DNA of 64,000 bases from Nemertoderma westbladi (Eukaryota; Animalia; Xenacoelomorpha), in contig JAUCBJ010000246.1 in assembly GCA_032718475.1 (NCBI GenBank), positions 1 to 64,000 of the forward strand, in the 5' to 3' direction. Below the pieces are notes generated by a model. The model saw only the letters and a program-made list of their open reading frames with translations, was not told where the DNA came from and did no database searches. Positions within the stretch are counted from its first letter, which is position 1. The number at the start of each line of letters is the position of its first letter. The position numbers and the translations under genes were made by a program. Positions 48,568-61,100 of this stretch are shown piece after piece.

Positions 48568-51500
48568 ATGTCTGACACTCAGCAAAACCTGTCGGACAGT
48601 CTGATCGATACAACTATCTGTGATTCAGATAGGAGTGTGGAGCGAATAAGAAAGGAGTTCGGCTCACCTCCTACTGTAAAAAAGGTCATCCCTCCAGTAG
48701 TATCAGACCCTAGGCTAGTCCACCATAGGTCCATCATAGGCACTAGGGCACAGGTAAAACGGGACCAAGAGGCAGTTGTCTTATCGCAGCAACATCTTGG
48801 TCAAGAACCTACTTCCCAGCGACCCGATAGCTCCAGCAGTTCGGATACTGTAGAGCTGACTCCCGAACATGGAGTGCAGATGTCTGATACAGTCTACTCG
48901 GACCCCCTTCTTACTCTTCCTGCTGCAGTGCTAACTACTATATTCATTGCGGTGGAGGAACATCAAGCCGACTGGGCGAAGAATAAGCGAGCGACCCAAG
49001 ATAATTACGCGGGATACGCCAGGGAAGAATTGATATCTATTGTTGAATCACAATGGAACTTTCCCGGACTCGGACTTCCGTTGGATATGTCCGAGGCTAC
49101 TTGGGAAGAGCTACACAGGATGGGAGTGGCTAAAGATACAATGGATCCAGCTGTTTGGAAGAGGTCGGCAGCAGGATATGTGCAGGGATTCTTCGGATCC
49201 TTAGAGCGATTGGAAGAACAACTGTTTCGACAACCTCACGGACCTCAAGAGCAGGAAGAGCTGCTATACCAAGTACGCGAAAGAACCCTACGCATTCGAC
49301 TAATCCTCTCAGCCTTTGAGGAAACTTCCAAAAGAAGACAGGACACTTCGCTGCAGGTTGCTGTCAAAACTTGGCTACATCGGGTAGATCTCAAAGTACA
49401 GGAAACAGCCCCGTGGAAATCCCAGCTGGCTGAGAGATCAACCTATGAAGAACCAACTGATGTCACCGAACCAACTGATGTCACCCGTGCTCAAGAGGAA
49501 AGCGAAGAGGCCGCCGAGAAACCGCGAACTAGAGACGCTATCGACATTTATTTGTCCGACTATCAGCGATTCCTAGGAGACGAAGAGTTGAGGAGACGGC
49601 TGTCTGGACTTTCCCCTAATAGTGAAGGAACCAAGCTTGTGTTGGACTCAATCGATGCCGAAATGTTAGCTGCAAACCAAGCTGAATGTGATGAAAAACT
49701 CCGCCTCACTAGAGTCCGAGAAGAACAAATAAAGAAAAGAAGGATAGAGGAACAAAAAACGGCGGCTATGGCGGCGGCTATAGCAGATGCAGAAGCAGAA
49801 AGTAAAGCAGCAAAGGCGGTGGCAAAGGCAGATGCAGAAGCAGAAAGGAAGGCAGCGGCTGCAGATGCAGAAGCAGAAAGAAAGGCAGCGGCTGCAGATG
49901 CAGAAGCGGAAGAAAAAGCAGCAAAGGCGGTGGCAAAGGCAGAAGCAGAAGCAGAAATGAGAGCATTTGAGCAGACTGCTCAACTGGAGTTGGAGAATCT
50001 GCAAGAGACACAAGACAGTATAACTAAACAGTTTACTGCTAATCAAATGCAGATGATGAGAAAATCTACTCCCAAGCGCCAGGGGTACACATCCTCGGAG
50101 GAAGGCGATACTACCGACCCTGAAGGCGGAGGAAATAGATCCCATCTAAGTAGACGTAGAAAAACATATTACCGTCGCAAATTGCCTGATTTGCCCCCAG
50201 CTGTTAAAAGACAGCTAACTAGCACAGATTTAGGTAGTGCAGAACCCATGGAACAATTTATCCAGGTCAAAAGACTCCCTACTATAGTCGATGAACCTGA
50301 AATAATTAGGCCTGTAGTTCCCAAAGTCACTTCTGTGCTAGAGACCCCTACACTTCCAGAGCTTAACTCTAAATTCCCTTTACATAGCACTACACTGCCT
50401 GTACCCGGTGGAACAGTCCATGCAAATACCCCTGTCCAGATAGCAGAGAGAGAAATCAATAATTTGTCTCCCGTCGTCCCGCGTCAGCCCGCTACTATGT
50501 TGGCGACTCCCGCTTCGGCGGTTGAGTGGGTGGAAGAGGGACGGCGGGGGATGAATCTTCTGCTAGGACAGATGCAGGAGACTGTCCACCAACTTAAGGG
50601 AACAGTGAGGGAAGGTAGAGCAGAGTTGCAAGAAGTGCAGCAAAGTATCGCGCTAGAACGCGACAAATTAGTCAATATACAAAAAGGCATACCAATGCCT
50701 CCTGTAACATTGTGTCAACCCGTTAGGTCTGAAGTATTACATGCGCAAGGTGTGGAGCCTACACGCATCTATACTGCTAGTGAAGTTGAAACTCCTATAG
50801 CAAACCCTATTAAGGGTGATTATAGACCTGTTATTAATGATATTCCCTATAAACCTGATAATGATCCGAGAAATTTATATACCGATAATTCGATATTAAA
50901 TAACACGATGGCCCAAGAAAGCTTTACGCGTCAGATGGCTAGAACAGAAGCCCGCCAAGCGGTCAAAGTGGGAGAGATCGTCAAATTCAATGGAGATGAG
51001 ATGAAATGGTTACCTTTCAACGAATATTACAAAGATAGCATACAGAACTCTGTACTATCTAACGGAGAGAAACTTAGATTCCTCATCAAGTGCTTGGAAG
51101 GACCTCCCAAGTTAATGGCGTTAAAGTTTATTGGACATCCAGAAGGATTAAGACAAGTTTGGGATACATTAAACATCAGGTATGGTAACAAAGATAACAT
51201 AGCTAAGTATTTGTATACAAAGTTAGTAGCCCCCCGACACTTCCTTAGTAGTGGGATTATAGAGTTTTCCGATGAAATACAAGAGATCTGTAGACAACTG
51301 GACTGGTTAGGTAAGTCGCACGAATACCAGAGTTCCATGGTTATTGGAGCCGTAGTCTCTACTTTACCAAAGGGTGGAGTATGTACACGCTGGGACAAGA
51401 AAGTGTTGTACATGAATGAACAACAACGACGAAGTCCTACCATGGCTGATCTCATGTCTTTCTTAGATGGTTAAGTCAAATTACAACTCATCAAGCAGTC

Positions 51501-54500
51501 CAGAGAGAAAACATCGGAAAATAAGGTAAGTGAGAAACCTACTTCTAGGAGAAGAGTAACACCGGTGTGTTACACTGACGACGGCGAAAGCCAAGCTTCC
51601 CAAGAAGAGGACAGCGGGAAAGATACAGACAGATCGTATTATGTTGACAAAACCTCCAAGGACGTAAGTAAATACAAAGCTCGAACCAATAATAGGAGAG
51701 AACAAGTTACTAAGACCCCTCCTCAGTCTCCTAACAGAATGCGCGGAAGAAAGCCCGAAGAAAGAACGAGAGTGCATCAGACTACCCAGGGTAAAGTAAG
51801 TAACATAAAACCTAACTGTGCGCTGTGTGACGGGACCCACCGTTTGAGTGCGTGTGCGGAATTTCTAAAGAAATCCCTTGTAGACAGACGTACAGTTGTG
51901 TGGGACAAGCGGTTATGTTATAATTGCCTCAGACCAGGACACCAACGGCGAACCTGTTACTCCGACATAAAGTGTGAAAAGTGTGGTGCGAAACATCACA
52001 TCTTGTTACATAGTGAGTTCGAACGAGACAAGCCGAGTCAGGTAAGTGAGTCCGAACTACATGTCCAATTCAGTGATGTAAACGACACTGATCAGGAGTC
52101 TGAGATGGAGGGATTTTATACTGACGAATTCTCCGACGTCAATGAATCCTGTTATCTAATAAACACCACGGTGTATCGAGCACTTACTTACGAAAAGGAT
52201 ATCAGCGAGGAGTTTCCCCCTACTACTTTTACCAAACAATCATCTTGGAAAGCTCCTACTTCCAATGTAGGAATCAGAGAATTTCCTGTAGTTCAGGTAA
52301 GAGTTCATGGTATTAACAAAAGCTACATAGTGAACGCCCTACTTGACTCAGGCAGCACAGGAACATTCATAGATCAAGAGCTAGCCGAAGATATCTTTGC
52401 TGGACAACCCAAGTTCCGGACTAAATTGAATATGTCAGGAATTATGCAGGTTTGGAAATCTACCCTGACGGCAGATTACTATGTAGGTGAGTTGTCCACC
52501 CCCCAGGATAAGTTAGGAACACAAGGTGTAAGGTCAGTAAAAATGGTGGCTATAAAGAACTTTGCTACTACTCAAGCAGACCTTTATAATTGGGACGAAG
52601 ATGAGAGCGTCCAACATCTTAAGATACCTCGATTCCAGACAGATTATCCTGGAGTGCAAATACTTATCGGCCAAAACGCGCACGAGGCGCTCGAAACATT
52701 AGAGAAACGGCCTGCTCAACCACAGCCACTGCAAACTTATGCGGTAAGAACTAGAGTAGGTTGGTACTTTACTGGCCCTTCCCGTAGAACTTTAGAAGAA
52801 AGAATGCCACACGAACAAATAGATCAGGTAAGTGATTGGGAAGAGGAAAACAGCGAAGTGGACGAACCAACTGAGGGAACCCCATACTCCTCAGATAATG
52901 ACGACATCTACCAACTCTTCGAAGAAGAGAAGACAATTGACCTACTTACCGAAAACCAAACTTGGAAAAACCAAACGAACCTATGTCAATTGATTCGCCC
53001 AACGGAACCCACTATTTATAATGACGAACTTAATGACGAGGTAGAGCGCTACAACGCTAGAACTCGGGACGAACTCGCCGTACGATTCTTTACCCAAGAA
53101 TTGGTAGAACCCAATTCATACGACAAAGCCCTGTCGATAGAAGAAGAAAGAGCCAAGCAAATCCAGGAAACAACCACACGTTTTTTAAAAGATCAAGGTA
53201 GATATGAAATCGGACTACCCTTCCGAAAACGTGAACCCAGATTTATAAATAACAGACCCTTGGCTGAGAAAAGAATCAATCAATTACATCGACGTCTGAC
53301 GGCAAACGCTTCAGCTAAGGAAATGTACCAGACTCAGTTGAAGAAATTTATCACAAAGGGATATGCGGAGCGAGTACCGGAAGGAACTCCCATAACTGAA
53401 AGGACTTATTATCTAACACATCATTATGTTCCCAAACCCGGTAAACCCCATGAAGTACGGGTTGTATTTGATGGCTCCGCCCTATATATGGGCCAATCCC
53501 TTAATTCCGAGTTGTTACCAGGACCCAACTTGCTCCAATCTTTGTTGGGGATACTGTTGAGATTAAGACAATATTCCATCGCGTTCGCCTCCGATATAGA
53601 AGGAATGTTCCTACAAGTCAAGGCGTTGGATCGTGATAGAGACAGCCTAAGATTCCTGTGGTGGCCTGAAGGAGATCTCAACCAGACAATTTAAAGTCCC
53701 TTCCATCAGTAAAGGAAGCCATTGATGTCGCGAAAGGGATGGTTGAGTGTTTGAAAAGAGGTGGATTTCGGTTGACGAAGTTCACCAGCAACTCCCGTGA
53801 GTTTCTGGAAGCAATATCTGTAGAAGACCGGGGGTCAAAAGATCTCGACTTAATACATGATGATCTTCCGGAAACCAAGACACTTGGCTTGAAGTGGGAC
53901 ACAGAAAGAGACATCCTGTTTTTTCAGTTAAAACAGCGAGATAATCCAGTTCGGACCAAACGGATTTGTTTAAGTATTCTGAGCACTTATTTCGATCCCT
54001 TGGGATTTATTAGCCCAGTTATATTGATTGCTCGGAGTTTAGTACAACAAATGTGGCTGGAAAACCACTCGTGGGACGATCCACTCAAGGGAGAACTATT
54101 AAAGAAATGGATGAAATGGGAGGATTCGCTACCTGCCATCGAGAACTTTATAATTTCCTGTTCATATTTTGGTCATGTTCTCCCTACGTATTCCTATCAA
54201 CTCCATGTATTTGGAGATGCCAGCGATATGGGGATCGGTATCGTAGCATATCTGCGAGTCGAAACTCCGGATGGAATCAAAGTTGCCTTGGTTACCTCTA
54301 AGGCATTGATTAACAACAAGCTTAAGGTTCCTCGAGCGGAGTTAAAAGCAGCATTATACGCTACCGCTATCGGACGGAATGTAACAGAACAGATCGATTA
54401 TCCACTGGAGAAAACCGTTTATTGGACCGACGCTTTACTTGTATTGGAATATATAACGAATGAAGTCTGTCAGTTCAGCGTCTTTGTTACTAACAGAGTG

Positions 54501-56561
54501 GCCATTATTCTTAGTCGCACAACGATAGATCAATGGAGACATTGCCCTGGTACGATTAACCCAGCTGACATCGCCTCCAGAGGAGCAACTCCACAGGAAC
54601 TGATAGATACCCCTGACTGGTTGGGTGGACCCGACTTCTTGAGCAAGGAAGAGGATGAATGGCCTCCTCACCTTACTACGGCTGAGATTAGACAAGCCAA
54701 GGGAGCGGAGAAAGTCAAACCCAAAATTCGGACAAGTAAATCGAAGTTATTTAAACCTACAATCGACCTATCTGTACTACATACTGCCGAGAACGATACT
54801 TCGGATCCACAATCCCTCACCACAAACAAATCTGTTGTGGAAATTAGAGATAGAAATTGGAAATCTGAGATACCAGACGTCTCGCAAGGAATCTCACCCC
54901 TGCTGCAGAGAGCACTGCATCATTACAGTTCCTGGAATCGTCTCTGTAAAGCTATCACATACTTAAAGAGATGTTTTCACCATCATTACTCCAGGAAGAA
55001 AACCACTAGTGATCCTGCTCCGGTAACATCTGCGCAAGTTCATGTTATTAAAGATCTACCTAAGTACAAGATATCAGACCGGTTTCTAAAGGAGAAGATC
55101 AGCTACCAGGAGCATGAAGAAACTAATAAGCAGATACTGAGACTATTGCAATGCTATGAGGATTCCGATAGGTATTTTCTGCTATTAAGAAATCCGCAGA
55201 TGCGCTTAAGGGATCGCTTCTCTAGCACAATGATAGATGGGTTAATACGCGTTGGAGGAAGACTTACCAACGCTCCATTATCTTTTGATACTAAATTCCC
55301 TATACTCATTAGTAATCTTGAAGTACAAATCAAGATGATTGTAGATGTTCACAGTAAACTGTATCATGCTGGTAGAGAACGAGTTCTTAGCGAGATTCGA
55401 ACCCGCTATTATTTTCATAAACCACGTAGAGCTCTGAATCAAGTTCTTAGGAACTGCATACCTTGTAGGAAAGTATTCAGTAGGCCTTTAACACAGCGAG
55501 AGGCAGAATTACCTAGGGAACGAGTAAGCTTTTATGAACCACCCTTTACTAATACTGGTGTGGATTTATTTGGCCCTATTGAAGTATATCGTGCTAGAAC
55601 TATAATCAAGAGATGGTGTGTAATCTTTGTCTGCATGACTTGTAGAGCTATCCATCTCGATATGGTGAACGATCTATCTACTAACAGCTTCGTCTTATGT
55701 CTACGACGACAGATCGCTCGTTTCGGCACTAGCAATACGATGAGATCCGATAAGGGAACGAACTTCATTGGTGCCAACAACGAAATCCAGGCTTACGTAA
55801 AGGACTGGAATCAAAGACAGGTGGATGACCAGCTACGGATAACGGCGTCTAGCTGGACCTTTAACGCCGCCGACGCCCCTTGGTGGGGAGGAAGTTGGGA
55901 GAGATTGATTCGAAGTGTCAAGACCGCATTTCACTTTATAGTGCCGTGCCGCGCATATCTCACCGACGAACTTCTACGGACGTTAATGGAAGAAATCGCT
56001 GCCTATCTTAACGAGAGACCGCTTATGCCAGTCTCATCGAGTGTCGACTCCCTGGAAGCGCTAACACCCTCGCATTTCCTACTTAAGAAACCTGTAGCCA
56101 TGCTCCCAAAATCCGAGATTGCCGACGGAGATGAATACTGTCGTCGAACTTGGCAGCTTATGCAGTTGCTATCCCGTCGTTTCGCTGACCATTTTGAGAA
56201 ACATTATCTGCCCACGCTACAACTTCGAACTAAGTGGTTTGCGCAGCAGGAAAATGTCAGCGCCGGAGACATGGTCCTTATTGTAGATCCGGACCTCCCA
56301 CGTAGACGGTGGCAGATCGGTCGTATCATCGAGACGCACATCTCGGAGGATGGTCTAGTGCGCTCAGTAGAACTCGTCGTAATGCGGCGTAACTTCAAGA
56401 AACCCGGAATAATCTTTGAGACGCAACAACTCAATCGCCCAGTTGGTCGTTTATGTTTGCTGGAAAGAGACAGAGAACTCTCCGGAAACTATGGAAGACA
56501 AGACACTCTTCCCACGACCACCTCCCTAATACCTCAAACATCTAGGGACTCCCAAACGTGA
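48568..56561 (+). pseudogene. Bel/Pao gag-pol polyprotein with an in-frame stop (51472-51474) and a deleted RT catalytic core (~53690)
   Basis: KFNGD..F..LRFLIKCLEG..YG capsid. Three knuckles CALC..H..C, CYNC..GH..C, CEKC..HH..LH. LLDSGS protease. YYLTHH..VRVVFDGS..SLNSELLPGP..DIEGMF..LRFLW. No YVDD. KTLGLKW, FDPLG, HVFGDAS, PRAEL, WTDA, NPADIASRG. Integrase GVDLFGP, SDKGTNF, GGSWERL. Confidence 0.95.
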
Positions 56562-57106
56562 TACGTCTGGAGTGGGTGTATGACTATATTATTTTATCTA
56601 TTTTATTACATTTTATATGCGAACTTTATTATGTACTTTATTATAATCGTTTTTATTTAATTTTAATTAGTAAAATGTTATTTTAGAATGTTAGTAGATT
56701 AGTGCAATATATTAATGTTTATTACGTACATAATTACTTATAATATATATTTAGTGCGACGGCAAGAAGTAATTATTTTCTCTTTCCTTACTGTCCGTAT
56801 TATATTATAAATGCGAGACTATAGTAAGATGACATGTCAGTACTTCTTAAAGTACAATAAAAGCCACTACTATATTTAAGTATTATTGGTAGGCAGAGTA
56901 TTAGGAATGCAAAGTTCAGATCCTCGTGTCTCGGCTAAACCAAGCTCTGGGTAGACCTTGGAAACGACTTGCCTCTTCACACTGACATTGCTTCGTGCGA
57001 TATTGCTCTTCTACCTTATAACAAATAATACATATAGTAGCGTGATGTCCCTCTAACAGTAGCGTCAATCGCAAATAAATCTGTTAAACTTTTGACCATC
57101 TGTAAT

Positions 57107-57370
57107 TCTAGTCGATTAAGATATCGTGGCACCCACCGATATACTTGAAAGACAAATTCTAGAATCAGTGGTTAACGTCCCCAGACAAGTTCTGGAATAA
57201 ATTGGTGCCCATCCTAAATATTAATTTAATATTTGTTAAAATCTGTAAAATCCCGATCCTTTAAAATTTCTAGTCAATTAAGATATCGCAGTATTTACCG
57301 ATATTCTTAGAAGGACTACTTTACAGAATTAAGGATCCTGAGTCCCCAGATATGCTCTGGAATAAAATTT
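57107..57370 (+). repeat. Diverged ~100-bp direct repeat with hairpins in the pol-ORF3 spacer
   Basis: TCTAGTC.ATTAAGATATCG...CGATAT...CCCCAGA-N5-TCTGGAATAAA occurs at ~57107 and ~57269. Confidence 0.7.
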
Positions 57371-58178
57371 ATGTCAATTTAATATCAAATAATAAAATTC
57401 ACGGGAATAAATTTAAATTCATATTCAAATGAATTTCATAAATTGTCATTTTGTGCAATTTACAACATTCCCAAAATTCCAGTAATTAATAGATCATGGG
57501 AGCGGAGATTCATATTGAGTGTACTAGAGTGTGAGAATCTCCAACATATAGTCAATAGCCAATAAAATTTATAAAATCATGCATAAAGAAGATATTGACA
57601 ATTAAAGAATTACTATTAAATAACATCCCAGATCTGTATACATGAGAATTGCCCTAATTCTACCGCTAGTTTTCCATAATGTCACCATGGCAACACCCAC
57701 GCTAGAATTAGAAGCAAATTAAAGGAACAATAAAAGCTTGCCCCATTGCGTAGCATAAGAGTATACATAGCGCTATTAGTATCCAAGGATACATAGTAAT
57801 AACGTGACATTCTGGAAGACACTGACTAACGGACAAATGGCATGCGTGTGTGCAGTAAGTAATGATTGTATGGAATTTGTGCGTTTGTAGGTGAATGTTA
57901 CTACTAAAGTGTGTTTACCGTAGCTAATCGCAATTGTAAAATAGCCCTAACTCTACCGAGATAACCTCAAGTGGATTCAAGCCTTTGGGACGGACAGTGG
58001 TGGGACTTGTGCCGGTTATCGTTGTCGTGCTGTTGCTACATGTTGGCGTAAACACTGCGACAGCGGTACATCGGCGCTGAGAAACCCACTGTCCAGGGGC
58101 AAAAAGCCTAATAGGCAGCGACGCCCGCTTGCCTAAAATATTAATTTATATTGATATTAACAAACTCAGATAGCAGAT

Positions 58179-61100
58179 ATGATGGAATTGATAGAAGATG
58201 ACCTTGGTATTAGAGAGCGATATACTCTACCTTTACAAGCGTTTGTGGATAGCTTGATACGCGGTGAAGCCGATCCGACTATTACGGAGGACGATGGTCG
58301 TTATATCGAACCGCCGATGTCCCAGGAACAACTTACGCGTGAAGTGGACTATAGAAAATTCACCGCTCGCTATACGAATCGCAATGGTACGTATATGGAC
58401 TTCTTAACTACCGGCCATCCCACCGATTTACATGATACCGATGATGTAGACACCGAAAGGGAAATGGTTTTATTTAAATATCATACCCAGCGGAATCGTA
58501 ATGACAAACCGAGAATAGAACACGAGAACTCTATTCGCAACCTACTCGACAGAGAAAACGTTGAAGAACCCGATAAGCGTATCAACTTCAACGACTACGT
58601 GGAATTTTTGCGGGAAACCTATCTCAATATTGCCAGTCAACAGAACCTAGAGACTCGATATCCTCAAGGTATACATCACGATCCCATGGTAGAACTCAAA
58701 CGACTCTATTTCACCATGATGTATCTTACTGCAGATCGTCCACTGCCTGTTGTCCCGGACAGTTTTGAACAAATGGAAGAGTATTGCAAAACTGGTGAAC
58801 GATCACCCGCGTTTCCTCTGCAGGACGTACGTCTTTGGTATTATTGTGACTCATGTCCTAGACCTAACCAGCAAACGGAAAGACATAAACATCCGCGGAG
58901 ACGTTGTGCTAAACACAGTTTTACGCGTTATACTTACGGGAGTTTCGAGCGAAACCTGTTCGACGTATCACCTACGATCGCCCGTCTAAAACGATCGCTA
59001 AATAAACCCATGATCAGAGTTCCGGAATACTCGGTCAGACCTCCCCATTTCCCCGTGAGACCTCAAACTCTTGATCCTAACAGTCTCACTGATCCTCCCG
59101 AGTTATACTCACTGTTCAAGGATTTGGTGTTGCCCGAGCAGTTAATCGGTGGTGTTCCTGAGGTAGGTTCGTTGGATATTCGACCATCCTATTTGACCGG
59201 ATTGGGACGCGGACATCTAACATCGCCATTTAATCCTTACAACCGGCCAGGATTAACTCCGATACAACCTGCCACGGAAGTCGAGGAGAGTGTCATCAGA
59301 AACGCTCTAGACGCCATCCGACAGAAAATCGGAAAGGGAACCCAGGATTTTCTAGAGAAACGTAAATTACAGCAGCAGGTCCAATCGGTGAAAGAGCTAG
59401 CCTTGCCGCAGTTTGATAGAGAAATCCAAAACCTCGAAGAGGACATCGAGCTTGGACGTACGTATTCTCTACAGGAGTTTCTGGAAGAACGCTTACAGAA
59501 ACAGGCGGAGGAGAATCAAATGGAGGAGAGACATACGGAAATGGATGAGAGAGAAGAAGCCGCTTTAGCCCAACCCGAAACTCAGATACTCATAACAGAT
59601 CTCTACTCTAAAACCGTCCGTCATCCCTCGATGGTTCCGCATTTCGGAGACAAACTTTTCGCAAAGATACAACCCCAACCGGTTGATATCAGCATAAGAT
59701 CGCAAAATCTTATCGCTGACGCTCCTATGTTACAGCATCCGCCAATCGAGGCCGCTCGAGTTGACGGTATACTCGTTGAACCTCCGGACAATCGAGCGGA
59801 TCTTGTCCGTCGTATGGTACATGATGTCAACATACGCGCTAGACCTTTACAGAACTCTTTTTATGGAATTAAAGATCACCCTTATTACGTTAATCTGACT
59901 CAATATTATATGGTAAAACCAGAAGATCCGACGCATGATTTAAAGTTTCTACCGCTAATAAATCCTCTAGACATTGTCGAACTCGAACAATTGCAAAAAC
60001 ATCTGGATCAATTAGTAAAGGCAAACTCATTTCGAAAACCATACAATGTTTCTCGAATAGAGAAGGATACAGAACCTCCTTATAACCTCGATGGATTTAT
60101 TAAAACTCGATTAGTCCATTGGAATCTAGACGTATTATTTGAGGAGGAGAAAATCCAAAGATATGGAAATGTGGAGACGTATACCACTCGATATATGAAG
60201 TATAGTGATCTCCCTGACGCTAATCAATGCGCCACCTTGTGGCATCCGGTAGGGATGACCCTCGAGAACGCCACCAAAGAGTGGAATGAAACTCTTAATA
60301 TCATTGAGATGTATGGAGTTGTTACTTATGATAACGAAGGTAGCGTTCCAATCGGAGAATTAGGAACTACGCGCATGATACACATACGTGGATTAGCTGG
60401 CTCCACTCACGTGTTTACGCGAGCGTGTTCCGACGTGATCGATTATTCCTTCGAAACTCTCACCGAAACGCAAAAGAATCTCCGACATGGACAATTCGAA
60501 CTCGCGCAGCGTTACGTCATTGACACCGAACGCAAACCGGCCATGGGTATCGATGGATCGATGTTACCCCAGCCCGTTCTCGAGATGTTATTCAACGAAA
60601 GAATCGTTAAAATCGGCTCAGCTGTTTACGGAGATCTCCAAAACGACTTTCGGAATATGGAGAATATCCCCTATCCTTTCGTGGATACTCAGCTGATAGC
60701 TCCTTGGGCCGAAGGCCGAGGTTTCTTTCGCACCATGTATGCTAATGTGTCTAGCAACATTACAAAGGTGCAACGAACTTCCATCGGACATCTTGCCTTT
60801 CAGGAATACGGGTGGAATTTCAAGGTCGGAAATCCCATCAACTATCAACAAGTATACGGAGACCATTATTCTCGATTATACTTTGACGGACCGTTGACCG
60901 CACCTGGCGCCGTGTATAGCTTCATGAGTGTTCCACTCCGTCCCTCCTTAGCTATCTACACGATCTTCGAAAACACCGCACTTTCCGGTTGGCTATCCGA
61001 TGTGTGCAGTCGTACTATACGCGCCCATCCATTAATCCTTGGGACCAAACTCGCTAAGCTAGATGAACATAATAAATTCATCCGCTTTGAATGTTTCCGA

